A DNA stretch of 57,865 nt from Desulfocapsa sulfexigens (GCA_015662865.1 DQTH01000232.1:1-57865), one strand, 5' to 3'; positions 9,737 to 19,575 are shown, counted from the first letter of the stretch. Numbers and translations: made by a program. Notes: a model not told the origin generated them from the sequence alone.

Positions 9737-11041
9737 TCAATCAGCCTCCGGCAGCTGGATGGAGGCGGGTTTTCTTCTACCTGTAATAATATAAAGCAGC
9801 ACAGCTCCAGACAGCAGGTAGCCAAACATCTCAACATTTTTTGTTTTGAAAATATAGGCTATGCTGAGCGTTATCATGGAACTTGTCATGATAAAAACCG
9901 GTTTGGGTATCTGTTTGAGCATGACTCTGCCCAAATGGGCAAACTGAATATTGCTTATCATAAGACCCACTGAAATCATTGCTATTGCAGATAAGAGGTT
10001 TGGCGAAGCGACCAGTGAGGCACCTAACACAACCATGGCTCCTGCCGGACAGGGCAGCCCGTTGAAAATTCCTGGCGGGAGATCTTTCCGTTTTTTATCC
10101 ACGGTCAGAAAGCGAATCAGCCTGAAAGCCACTCCGCATAAGAAAATAAAACCAAACAGCCAGGACACGGTACCACCGGATTTGATGATGATGTAGGCCG
10201 GGGCAAGCCCAAAGCTGATAAAATCGGCAATGTCGTCCAGGTAGGGACCATACTTGGTTCCGCCATGCTTTTCTGCCATTCTTCCGTCAAACAGATCAAA
10301 GAGTTGACCCATAATGATAATCATGATAGCCCAGACCAGATGGTGTTGGTACGTGAGGTAAAGGCTCGATATTCCACAGAAGAAATTCAGCGTAGACAGG
10401 ATATCCGCATATAATCTGTTGGGGACAAATTTAAAAACAATTGATGCCGAGGCAAGGACGATACAGGCGATGAGAACCTCGTCGCCCATGTTGATAACGT
10501 CAGGTTTCTTGTCTAGCAATGAGCAGAAAACAACCAGTGCAAAGCAGATAATTGCCTTGATTTTACCAAAATTATTTGCAGCCCCGGATAGTTTGAGCAA
10601 CGCAAGTACATGTCTGACTAAAAATTGACCGACAAGCTCAATCGCCACGAGGATCCACACAAGTTTTGGTTGAAGAATTCCGATATAGGCAAAACCGATC
10701 ATTGGCGGTAAGTAGGTGAGCTTGTCGCACATCGGATCCAGCCATTTTCCCCATTCAGAAACAAGATCACAGCTCCTTGCAACCAGGCCGTCGACACCAT
10801 CCAGTACTGCTGCAATTGAAAAAATGATAATGGCAAGCGTTTGCAGTCCGAGAAAAAAATAGAACAGGTATGCCACAAACGCAATTGCAGTCCGCCAGTA
10901 ACAGATAGCATTTGGGTGAAGCAGGTTTTCGTGGGACAGAATGTATTTCTGTACGGATGATTTGCGCACCAGTATGATGCACAAAAAATAAAAACCAAGC
11001 GCAATGGCAGCACTCAAAAATATTACCAGTAGTCTTTCCAT
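9737..11041 (-). CDS. CDP-alcohol phosphatidyltransferase with two catalytic domains (PgsA-like + PssA-like)
   Basis: Two D-x2-DG-x2-A…G-x3-D-x3-D motifs: DGVDGLVAR…GKWLDPMCD and DLFDGRMAE…GPYLDDIAD; FNGLPCPAGA. ATG 11041 chosen. Confidence 0.85.
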   Translation of the reverse strand: MERLLVIFLSAAIALGFYFLCIILVRKSSVQKYILSHENLLHPNAICYWRTAIAFVAYLFYFFLGLQTLAIIIFSIAAVLDGVDGLVARSCDLVSEWGKWLDPMCDKLTYLPPMIGFAYIGILQPKLVWILVAIELVGQFLVRHVLALLKLSGAANNFGKIKAIICFALVVFCSLLDKKPDVINMGDEVLIACIVLASASIVFKFVPNRLYADILSTLNFFCGISSLYLTYQHHLVWAIMIIIMGQLFDLFDGRMAEKHGGTKYGPYLDDIADFISFGLAPAYIIIKSGGTVSWLFGFIFLCGVAFRLIRFLTVDKKRKDLPPGIFNGLPCPAGAMVVLGASLVASPNLLSAIAMISVGLMISNIQFAHLGRVMLKQIPKPVFIMTSSMITLSIAYIFKTKNVEMFGYLLSGAVLLYIITGRRKPASIQLPEAD

Positions 11042-11306
11042 TATGTCTCTGTGTATAGAAGAAATAGTTATCAGCTGAATCCGTTGACAGCTGCTGTCAA
11101 CGCATCCCGATTCTTTTGACACCTAGATATAGTTCACTATTCTCAAAGCGTTCAAAAAACGGGGCTACATCCCCATCGCAGACTCCCGGATTCAGCTATT
11201 AGAAAGTGGAAACAGATAAAGCTAACTCAATTTGAGCAGGCGACAGGCGGAGTGCCCGGCCAACTAATACACCCTAAAAGATCATGTCCGATTTGATCTG
11301 CTTATG

Positions 11307-11648
11307 TCATTTGAGCCCTGCTATTTCCATCTGTAATCCACAAATATAATTGCGAACCAGTGAATCTGCAAGGGTTTCAGCTGATGCAGCGTTCACGACA
11401 TCCAGTTTTCACTCATTGCCAGAGAACAGACGCCGTGCAGGCTGGCCCAGACTGGCCCAGAGAACCTTGGCAGCGTTATCAGCTTTTTCCCGATCATCAG
11501 CAACCAGTGGCGCCACCAGATTGCTGACCAGGAGAAAGAGACTGTCCACTTTTTTGTTGAAACTATCAGGTATTGTGTTGCCTGGCGACAGTTTGTGGTC
11601 GACCAGCAGACTCCAGTGGTGATAGTTGTCGCGACTGAAGGCGACATC
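11307..11648 (-). pseudogene. TetR-family C-terminal (WHG-like) remnant lacking HTH
   Basis: VAFSRDNYHHWSLL…AKVLWASL|HGVCSLAMS|KLDVV…LVRNY across frames; 10-bp tandem duplication CTGGCCCAGA at 11442-11461 shifts frame. Confidence 0.65.
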
Positions 11649-12420
11649 AGTGTCAGCAGCATAGGCGTGCAGCTCAGTTTGAACCTGTTGAACCTGCTCT
11701 GGCGTAAAGGATGTCTTCTGTTTCAACAGAAGATCTTCAACTGCGACAGAAAGTGAACTCTGCCAGAAGGCAGTGAAGTTATTATTCATCTACTCAACCA
11801 CCGGTCCAAGGAGAAAAATATTACGATCCCGGAAGGTATAGTCCTGATTGTAATCAAAATATTCATCAGCCATATTACGGCCGCCGGTGATGGCCACCGA
11901 CTGGTCAATGATCATGGTTTTGCCGTGCATTCGTTGGTTGAATGAACGAAAACCCCTTAGCATATTAAAGAGCCGCCTTATTTTGGAAACTCCCACCGAA
12001 TGCTGAGGATTATAAATTTTGATCTGAATATTGGGATGGGCTGCAAGGGCGAGCATGGTGTTGTCCGGAGCATCAATGAGTAGATCATCCACAATAACCC
12101 GTACTTGAACACCACGCCTGGCAGCCCGTAAAAGAAATTCTGCAGCAAGAATGCCTATGTTGTCGCTGCTTCAGATAAAATATTGAACATCAATACTTTT
12201 CCCGGCATGATCGGCCAGCCATGCCCTGGCCGGCAGAGATTCTCCACCTTTTTCAAGGATCATGGCTCCACTGAGGCTGTTCTTATCAGCCAGTTGGGAT
12301 TCAATGAACCTGGAAAGAATGGCGGGTTCGTCGGCAGCACGCAGTGGTTCTGCAAAACAGGGAACAGCTGAAAAAAAGAAAAACAGGACCAGACAGCAAA
12401 CAGATTTATTTCTTATTTTG
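11649..12420 (-). pseudogene. Phospholipase D/cardiolipin synthase (ClsC-like) pseudogene, N-terminal half only
   Basis: SIDVQYFI*SSDNIG (TGA 12171-12173), RGVQVRVIVDD, RMHGKTMIID…GGRNMADEYF, in-frame TAG 11790-11792; no second HKD motif; 5' end approximate. Confidence 0.85.
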
Positions 12421-12468
12421 GCCGATATTTTTTAAGAATTGCAGAAATACTATTTTACACAGAACCTG

Positions 12469-13815
12469 TCATGATCGTAATTTGTCGTAATATTTTTTCA
12501 GATCACCTTCAAGGAATCGCTGTATTTTATTCAGGTTGCCGGAATGCCTGATCCAGATATCTTTGGCTTTACTGTTGCTGACCAGATCAATGATTTTCCC
12601 CTGCATTTTGTTCCAGAGATTTCTACGGTATTCATTCTCCCGGTTCACCAGATTGCTGCTGTTTTCAAGTGTTTTCCGGAGAAGCTTTTTAAAGCCATAA
12701 TTATTATAGAATATCCACCCGAGAACCAGTGTGGCGCAGAGGAAGATAAGTGGAAGAAGCAGGTTGCCAAGAGAGAAAGTTCCTCCTCTCACCGACGAGA
12801 TAAGGGTTTGACGGGGCAGGGAAAGAATGCTGTTTGTCAGAACATCTCCAAAACAAAACAGGCCGACACCAATGGCAACTGTTATTTTGCCTATCTTCAT
12901 GAAAAGACTGCGGCCTCTCCGGTTAAATTCGGCCACAGCCTCGCAGACGATCTGCAGCTCATTCACCTGACGGTCGATATCTTCCAGGATATGATTCAGT
13001 CTGAGATCTGGAGCAGCATGTATTTTTTCCATGAGTTCCGTTCTTTCCTGGGGCCATAGCTCAGAAGTATTCTGGGTGCTTGCCACTTCAGGAGAATAGG
13101 TGAGATAAATATGGGGAATATCTTTGCGACCTGTCATCTGGGACATATTCCAGCACAGCGTACCGTAGGATCGAACCAGATCACTGATGTTGTCACATTC
13201 ATCAATTCGGCTCATGACAAAGATGATTCTGTCTTCTCCGGATTTTTCAGGAAGAGTGTTTCGTATGGCTGAATAGGTTTCTTTTATGGTTCCAGCCTTA
13301 TGGGGATCGAACATGAGAACAATGAGGTCGGCCATTTTTGCAAATTCACCGAGTACTTCCATGTAATTGTAACCACGGTCTTTTTCGGTAGTGGCATCCA
13401 GCATACCGGGGCTGTCGATAATAGCCATGTTTTCAAAGGCCGGTGAATCAATGTTTTTCAGGCAAAGGTGAGAGGTGAGTTTCTCACCATATTTTCTGAA
13501 TTTAACAAAGGGCAGGTTATCATCATTGATGAGTGTGGAACCGGGAACATCTTTTGGTCGGTTGCTTCCTTCTGAAGTAATTACGGTAAAGGCGTCATCG
13601 GTCGGGGCCTGACCGGTCCGCTGGATTTCTGTGCCTATGATTTCATTAATCAGAGTGGATTTACCGGATGAGTAGTTACCTATTATCAGGACAATAGGCT
13701 TCCATTTCATACCGGACTCCAGGCTAGTGAAATCAATATCATATTTGGAAAATAACGGAGCTATTTTCTTATTTACTTTGTTCTGAAGTTCAGTCTGTAT
13801 TTTATTTTTAAGCAT
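12469..13815 (-). CDS. Dynamin-superfamily NTPase, EHD-like, with C-terminal TM pair
   Basis: GNYSSGKS, TGQAPTDD, DSPG, RGYNY, LMFDPHK; two hydrophobic segments near C-terminus. Confidence 0.8.
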   Translation of the reverse strand: MLKNKIQTELQNKVNKKIAPLFSKYDIDFTSLESGMKWKPIVLIIGNYSSGKSTLINEIIGTEIQRTGQAPTDDAFTVITSEGSNRPKDVPGSTLINDDNLPFVKFRKYGEKLTSHLCLKNIDSPAFENMAIIDSPGMLDATTEKDRGYNYMEVLGEFAKMADLIVLMFDPHKAGTIKETYSAIRNTLPEKSGEDRIIFVMSRIDECDNISDLVRSYGTLCWNMSQMTGRKDIPHIYLTYSPEVASTQNTSELWPQERTELMEKIHAAPDLRLNHILEDIDRQVNELQIVCEAVAEFNRRGRSLFMKIGKITVAIGVGLFCFGDVLTNSILSLPRQTLISSVRGGTFSLGNLLLPLIFLCATLVLGWIFYNNYGFKKLLRKTLENSSNLVNRENEYRRNLWNKMQGKIIDLVSNSKAKDIWIRHSGNLNKIQRFLEGDLKKYYDKLRS

Positions 13816-13859
13816 GAAAGAGTTCTCTGTATAACTAGTTAATAAATTGGGTAATTCTT

Positions 13860-14005
13860 ATGAGCTACTTTGGGAAATTGCCTTTTCGCTCCAACTCATC
13901 GTTGCGAGAAAAATTTTATCCTCAGAATATCAATCATATGCCTGCGGTAAAATTTTAATCACGCCTCGATTTAGAACGAAAATGCTAATTTTTCAAGGCA
14001 CTCTA
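13860..14005. repeat. MITE-like palindromic element with cargo-A-like core and different ends
   Basis: Imperfect IR GAAATTGCCTTTTCGCTCCAA / TTAGAACGAAAATGCTAATTTTTC; inner CGTTGC…stem-loop…CGCCTCG as in cargo A. Confidence 0.6.
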
Positions 14006-14268
14006 AAATATATGCATACAGGTTACGTTGGGCAACCCGGCTATTTGTCGTAGTCTCTGGATAGGAAAGCTGTCAACGAAAAGAAAAGGTGGTTGAATAG
14101 TTAACAGCTGGATCTGCTACCCGGACTGTAAAGTATTATACTCTAGCACACTAAGTTTGGGGCTGAAATAAAAATGTTAGAAAAGATCTGAGATATGGAG
14201 GTGTTAATTTTCATACGGCCTCACACTGTAGAAGCGATGTAAGGCCATATATAAGTATGGCGGACGTA

Positions 14269-14718
14269 TTATTTCACAGCAGCATCACTGAATTTTGCAA
14301 GGGCACCAGACATTTTTGCAAATGCTTTTTCACGGTCTGCAATACCATGCCGTTTTGACAGCCATACGGGATCATTGTACTGAAGGGTAACCACGCCTTT
14401 TACATTCTCCCATACCAGGACTTTGAGAGGCAGGTCAATGCCGATGGTCTGAGTGGATTGCATAAGTAGAGTGCCAAGTTTTGGATTCCCGAAAATAAGG
14501 ACTTCAGTGGGAAGCAGTGTCAATCCCGATGCTTTTGCAGCCGCTGTATGATCAACACGTGCCGCAACATTGAATCCTTTAGCCCGGACAATTTTCTCAA
14601 AGGTGTCCATGGTTTCTTTGACACTGTGATTACTGGTCTTGCTGATTAAACCTTCTGCTGCCTGGACTGCTGTACAGGTGAAAAAGAAAATGGCAATTAA
14701 AAATATGATTTTTTTCAT
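14269..14718 (-). CDS. DUF302 domain periplasmic protein
   Basis: Signal peptide; LIFGNPKLGTLLMQ, GIDLPLKVLVWE. Confidence 0.88.
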   Translation of the reverse strand: MKKIIFLIAIFFFTCTAVQAAEGLISKTSNHSVKETMDTFEKIVRAKGFNVAARVDHTAAAKASGLTLLPTEVLIFGNPKLGTLLMQSTQTIGIDLPLKVLVWENVKGVVTLQYNDPVWLSKRHGIADREKAFAKMSGALAKFSDAAVK

Positions 14719-14795
14719 GGGTTACTCCTTGTCCGTAATAGTAATTTTAGAATTCTTTCAGAGTCTGATTACTCAAAAAACAGGAAACTGCACCT

Positions 14796-15284
14796 CTATA
14801 CTGTGACATTCAGTACAGTGGCAATCTCCTGCAGGGCAGCTTTTTCTTTCTCACTGACCCTGGTGCCTCCAAAACCAAGGAAACCTCCCTCTTTTGCGGC
14901 TTCTGCTGCCTTCACGCTTACATCATAAAGCCAGGTTTTTACCTCTTGTGCTTCTTCGTCAGCTGTTTTGTCCTGAAGTATTTCAGCAGCCTGTTTCAGG
15001 GAATCAAGGGCAATTTTTTTAATAGAGGCCACATCTTTTTTTTCATACTCAAGACGGGCCTGTTTCACCATTTCTTTGTCATTGAATTCTGCAAGCAGAA
15101 AGGTCAGTAGTTCACCGTTGTCTTCTTTTCCTTTATTGAGGATACTGCTGGACACAGCAAGGGCTTCCTTCATGTTGCCAACCAGAAAGTTTGGATCAGA
15201 CATCATGATGTAAATTCCTGCGGCACCAGGTGCCTGCAACAGATGTTTCCATTCTTCGGCTGAAAAATCGGATTTCGTAGTCAT
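14796..15284 (-). CDS. Conserved hypothetical protein (TerB-like helical)
   Basis: 162-aa ORF with GGGAG RBS; AAKEGGFLGFGGTRVSEKEKAAL motif. Confidence 0.7.
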   Translation of the reverse strand: MTTKSDFSAEEWKHLLQAPGAAGIYIMMSDPNFLVGNMKEALAVSSSILNKGKEDNGELLTFLLAEFNDKEMVKQARLEYEKKDVASIKKIALDSLKQAAEILQDKTADEEAQEVKTWLYDVSVKAAEAAKEGGFLGFGGTRVSEKEKAALQEIATVLNVTV

Positions 15285-15370
15285 TATTTATAATCTCCCT
15301 GAAACTGGTCAAATTAAGTAAAGCGTAGTTACTGCAGCCAATGTTCCGGACCGCTTTCTAGTGTGCCAAT

Positions 15371-15413
15371 AAAAATGGCCGGTGCGTTCCTGTTATTTGG
15401 AATACATCGGCCA
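15371..15413 (-). terminator. Probable intrinsic terminator after LysM gene
   Basis: TGGCCGGTG…CATCGGCCA imperfect stem, then T-run on minus strand. Confidence 0.5.
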
Positions 15414-15452
15414 GATCCAGCTTGATTTCATTTTCTCAAATCTGTCATAAAA

Positions 15453-15884
15453 TCAATCAAGGAGTATGCGCAGTTTCTGCCCGACATATATTTTATCCGG
15501 ATCTTTAATGACTTCACGGTTGGCCTCAAAAATCCTCATGTAAGCTGAAGATTTGCCATAATACTTCTTGGCCACTGCTGACAATGTATCTCCTAAAACT
15601 ATTTCATAATACTCAACTTTTTCTGTGGCAGCAGGAGCAGTCACAGCGTCGGACCGTACTTCACTCACTCCTTTAACATTACCAGCCATCAAAACCGCTT
15701 TTTCCAGGGCTGCAGCACTTTCCGCATCCCCACTGATTGAAACAACATCATCTTCAACAGTTACTTCCAGATTGTTGATTCCCGGATTGTCCTTGTTGAT
15801 GTATGATTTTATGTTCTCAGATGCTTCTGCAACATTGCTGAACAGTTTTTTGCCGATGTTTTTCGCAAAATTTAACATTCCCAT
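15453..15884 (-). CDS. BON-LysM protein (Kbp/YgaU-like)
   Basis: MGMLNFAKNIGKKLF, BON domain, LysM GDTLSAVAKKYYG…IFEAN…PDKIYVGQKLRI. Confidence 0.9.
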   Translation of the reverse strand: MGMLNFAKNIGKKLFSNVAEASENIKSYINKDNPGINNLEVTVEDDVVSISGDAESAAALEKAVLMAGNVKGVSEVRSDAVTAPAATEKVEYYEIVLGDTLSAVAKKYYGKSSAYMRIFEANREVIKDPDKIYVGQKLRILLD

Positions 15885-15944
15885 GGGAAGGTCTCCTTTA
15901 CAGAATAGATTTGAAGAGTTTTTAAGCAGTTGTTTTTCCGTATT

Positions 15945-16736
15945 TCAGGCGGTGACACCTAATGTCTCCTCTATGTAATCTACAACCTGTGGATCCAGTT
16001 TAAGGCCTGTTGCCAGCTGTTGCATATAAGACTGCTCAGCAGCAGTATCAACTTCGATTGCGAGTAATGAGGCTGCATAAATCTGGGCTGCCATTTCTGT
16101 CTCACCCCCAGCTGAAGCTATGATTTTATCAATATCCATGGGTTTGTTTGCTTCAGCAATAAAGAAATCTTTTTCTTCCTGGGTGAGTCCTTCTTCTTCC
16201 AGTTTTCCAACAATCTTCTGGATCTCCGCCTGGTCAATCTGACCATCAGCTTTAGCAGCATTAATCATTGCCTTGACGATAACCTCCGCATCATTTTCAA
16301 GTACCTGCTCTTCCTGTGATGTTTGTGGTTCCAAAAAGGCTCGGGGTGCCTGTCCTGGTGCCTGGCCAGCTTTTCGTAAAGCGGCAAAGGCCAGCGATGC
16401 AAGCATGGCAAGTCCTCCTCCGCCAACAGCGCCACGTGCAGAACGTCTTCCTCCACCAAGCAATGCGCCTGCCAGCGCACCCAGCCCGCCAAGGGCTACT
16501 TTATTGTTTCCAAGACTGTTCATTACTCCACCGAGTATGTCACCCAGCCCGCCAGCTCCGGCCTGACCTCCACTTCCCGACCCACTGCCACCTCCCATCA
16601 TCTGGCTGAGGTTGCCTAGAATATCATTGAGTCCACCGGAATTGCCCGCACCAAGACCTCTAGATATTCGAGAACCACTGGATCGTGACATGCCCTGTTG
16701 TACTATTGTCCCTAAAATATCCATGAAACCGGCCAT
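15945..16736 (-). CDS. DUF533 / TerB-family protein
   Basis: Gly-rich N-terminus; AMINAAKADGQID, IYAASLLAIEVD. Confidence 0.88.
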   Translation of the reverse strand: MAGFMDILGTIVQQGMSRSSGSRISRGLGAGNSGGLNDILGNLSQMMGGGSGSGSGGQAGAGGLGDILGGVMNSLGNNKVALGGLGALAGALLGGGRRSARGAVGGGGLAMLASLAFAALRKAGQAPGQAPRAFLEPQTSQEEQVLENDAEVIVKAMINAAKADGQIDQAEIQKIVGKLEEEGLTQEEKDFFIAEANKPMDIDKIIASAGGETEMAAQIYAASLLAIEVDTAAEQSYMQQLATGLKLDPQVVDYIEETLGVTA

Positions 16737-16934
16737 TTGTGTCTCCTTCTGGGGTGGTTGAGTAAGTTAGTTTCAGACCTGAGCCTACTGTAAGACACGT
16801 GCATAAAAAAACACGATGAGTCACAATACTGTTTATGAGGGTATTGCAAGTGGGACTTATTATCAATCTTTTTCTGAAGGTATTATTTGCTTCTCTGACA
16901 AGTTGAAAATGAAAGATGAGTTATGTACTTCTCG

Positions 16935-17597
16935 TTATTCCATGTAAGTGCAGAATTCTTCAATTTCTGATCGCTCTGTTCTGTAGGCATTTACAGGTGA
17001 GTCAATATCCGGATATCCAACAGACAGGCCGAGAATCAATCGTTTAGAGGTGGGAATGCCAAGGAATTCTTTGACTTCTTTTGAATAATCAGTAGCAAAG
17101 GCCTGGGGCACAGTTGCCAGTCCGCTGGCATGGGCTGCAAGCATCAGGTTCTGGGCAAAAAGTCCGATATCAAAGAGTGACCATTCACTCAGGCTTGCAT
17201 CCTGAAAGAGATAGATAGCATGGGGTGCATAATAAAAATTGAAATTTGCCTTTTTTGCTTTGACAATTATTTCCGGTGAATTGAGATCGATACCAGTGAG
17301 TTCCTTGCGTTTGGCAAGTAGTTGTTTAATACGGTTACCTTCGGCCTCAGGCCAGGCAGTTGGTGGCGCCAGATCAGGGCGGCTTTCTTTATTGTCCGCA
17401 AGCAGGCCGACCAGCATTTTCGAGAGGGCTTTCTTTTTGTCACCGGATAATATAATTGCTTCCCATGGCTGGGAATTCTTATAGGATGGGCTCCAGCGAG
17501 CTATTTTGATCAGCTGTTCCAGGTCTTTTTTGGGAACTGCTTCAGATGTAAATTTTCTGATACTTCTGCGGGTTTTAATACATTCCAGGGCATCCAT
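16935..17597 (-). CDS. Nitroreductase family protein
   Basis: TRRSIRKF, WSPSYKNSQPW, DIGLFAQNLMLAA. Confidence 0.9.
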   Translation of the reverse strand: MDALECIKTRRSIRKFTSEAVPKKDLEQLIKIARWSPSYKNSQPWEAIILSGDKKKALSKMLVGLLADNKESRPDLAPPTAWPEAEGNRIKQLLAKRKELTGIDLNSPEIIVKAKKANFNFYYAPHAIYLFQDASLSEWSLFDIGLFAQNLMLAAHASGLATVPQAFATDYSKEVKEFLGIPTSKRLILGLSVGYPDIDSPVNAYRTERSEIEEFCTYME

Positions 17598-17847
17598 GTT
17601 TTACTCCGGGCTGAGGTTAATTAAAGCTGAAATTTCAACGGATTAAAAGTTTTGCCTCTGAGTTAAGGGGCAATAGATCCAGCTGAGTTTTTATCTTTTA
17701 GTATCTTACAGACTATTTTCGTGTTTTTTAAAAGAAAATATTCTCATAAGGTACTTATACCCCCTTGTGGGGTGTTAGAGTGTATCATGGATAAATTGTT
17801 TGCAATAAAATGTCCAAATGTTTTTCAAGCTTAGGGAAGAGATCTTT

Positions 17848-19236
17848 ATGCTCAGATTATGGCGTACCTGGTACAAAAAAAGTCGCTACCGCGAAGTAGC
17901 CAGAGTTTGTGTTCCTCTGGTTACTGGTATGGCCGCCACAACTGTCATGGAGTTTACTGACCGGATATTTCTCTCCCATTACAGTGTCAATGCCATTTCT
18001 GCTGTTGTCCCGGCAGGGGTAACTGTCTTTCTGGTTCTCTGTTTCCTTGGCGGCATCGCAGGTTACACCTCAATTTTTATTGCTCAGTATCATGGTGCCG
18101 GACAGCCGGAGAAGATTGGAGCTACTTTCTGGCAGGGGATGTTTTTCACTCTGGTATCAGGTGCATTGCTCATCCTGATAGCTTTTCAGGCCACTACACC
18201 TTTTTTCAAGCTTATCGGCCACAGTCCTGAAATTCGGGTTCTTGAAGAGCGATACTTCATGATTCTCTGTCAGGGAGGTGTACTGCATGTTGCCATTCAG
18301 GTTCTGTCCGGATTTTTCACCGGTAGAGGAATGACAAGACCGGTCATGATTGCCAATATCGTGGGAATGGTGGTGAATGTACCACTGAATTATGCAATGA
18401 TTAACGGTGTATGGGGTTTTCCGGAACTGGGTATAAGCGGTGCCGGCATTGCCACTGTTGTATCCTGGGGGGTGACTGTTTTTTGCCTGGCTCCTGCAAT
18501 TTTTTCCCGACGATTCGTAGAACAATTCAGACTACTGGAAACCATACGACTGGATCGTGATATTCTGATCCGTTTACTAAAGTTTGGAATACCGGGTGCA
18601 CTGCAGTTCAGCCTGGACATTTTTGCCTTCACTTTTTTTATTCTCATGGTTGGCCGCATGGGAACCGTACCCCTCGCCGCGTCCAATATTGTTATTTCCA
18701 TCAGCTCCCTTGCTTTTATGCCGGCCCTTGGTTTCTCCTTTGGAATGAGCAGCATGACAGGGCAGGCTCTTGGTAAAGGCAAACCGGAAGAGGCAAGAGC
18801 TGCAGTCTGGAGCGGCATTCATATTCTTATTATGTATACACTACTACTTGATGCCCTTTTTTTGATTGCGCCGGAATCCGTTATTACTCTTTTCATGGAT
18901 CGAGGGGATATGGGAGGTAATTATGAAGATATACTGCAAATGGGTTCAACACTCCTTAAGCTGGTCGCGGCGTATATTCTGCTCGATGTTTTTTATATGA
19001 TTTTTGCAGCAGCCCTGAAAGGTGCCGGGGATACCCGTTTTCTTTTACTGGTGATTTTTAGTGCATCGCTTGGCTGCATGATTATTCCTCTCTATGTGGG
19101 AATTAAGTTTCTGGGTATGACCATTTATGGTGCCTGGAGCTGTATTATCGTTTTTATCGGCCTTCTTGCCGTTTTGACTGCCCGGCGCTATCACGGAAAG
19201 AAATGGGAAGAAATGCTGGTGATTGACAAAGAATAG
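17848..19236 (+). CDS. MATE family efflux transporter
   Basis: About 12 TMs, FTDRIFL, FPELGISGAGIAT, ALKGAGDT; start 17818 or 17848. Confidence 0.9.
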   Translation: MLRLWRTWYKKSRYREVARVCVPLVTGMAATTVMEFTDRIFLSHYSVNAISAVVPAGVTVFLVLCFLGGIAGYTSIFIAQYHGAGQPEKIGATFWQGMFFTLVSGALLILIAFQATTPFFKLIGHSPEIRVLEERYFMILCQGGVLHVAIQVLSGFFTGRGMTRPVMIANIVGMVVNVPLNYAMINGVWGFPELGISGAGIATVVSWGVTVFCLAPAIFSRRFVEQFRLLETIRLDRDILIRLLKFGIPGALQFSLDIFAFTFFILMVGRMGTVPLAASNIVISISSLAFMPALGFSFGMSSMTGQALGKGKPEEARAAVWSGIHILIMYTLLLDALFLIAPESVITLFMDRGDMGGNYEDILQMGSTLLKLVAAYILLDVFYMIFAAALKGAGDTRFLLLVIFSASLGCMIIPLYVGIKFLGMTIYGAWSCIIVFIGLLAVLTARRYHGKKWEEMLVIDKE

Positions 19237-19463
19237 CTAACCTTCTCCCATTGTCTATTGTAAATATTTCGAATTTCCTGCCTGACACCAATTTCTGAAA
19301 CACCATTGTTGTTCCATACCTTCTTTTTTCCTGCATATCCGACACATTTCTCTTTTTGAGACACCTATCCGAAACAATCTGCAACACTTCCGTTGAATGA
19401 AAACCACACTTTTCCGATTCAATGCGACATGTGTGATCGCCGCCACACTTTGTGCAACATATG

Positions 19464-19476
19464 TGTAGAAACGACA
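19464..19476. promoter_or_regulatory. Putative enhancer-binding-protein site TGTA-N5-GACA
   Basis: TGTAGAAACGACA ~85 bp upstream of the -24 element; related TGCATATCCGACA at 19332 and TGTAAGATTGACA at 24983. Confidence 0.45.
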
Positions 19477-19559
19477 GCCGACCCCATCATCCTGTAAAAA
19501 TAGTTTGATTTCAGGATGTTATCCGTATTTTTAGCTTTTGTTTGTTGAAAAGGAAAAAC

Positions 19560-19575
19560 TGGCATCGTTACTGCT
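19560..19575 (+). promoter_or_regulatory. Sigma-54 (-24/-12) promoter
   Basis: TGGCATCGTTACTGCT: GG-N10-GC spacing, 57 bp before the ATG at 19633. Confidence 0.8.

Noticed and set aside
11790-12173. In-frame TAG and TGA in the PLD gene as pyrrolysine/selenocysteine recoding
   Set aside because: The TGA replaces a conserved Trp (YFIW), and the region also has frameshifts and lacks the second HKD half, so decay is the simpler explanation
13847-14053. 68-aa ORF
   Set aside because: Coincides with the palindromic repeat at 13860-14005
15353-15368. TGGCAC on the minus strand as a sigma-54 promoter
   Set aside because: GG-to-GC spacing is 11 rather than 10
16400-16660. Gly-rich low-complexity stretch as a tandem repeat system
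   Set aside because: Normal N-terminal feature of DUF533 proteins; no DNA-level periodicity seen
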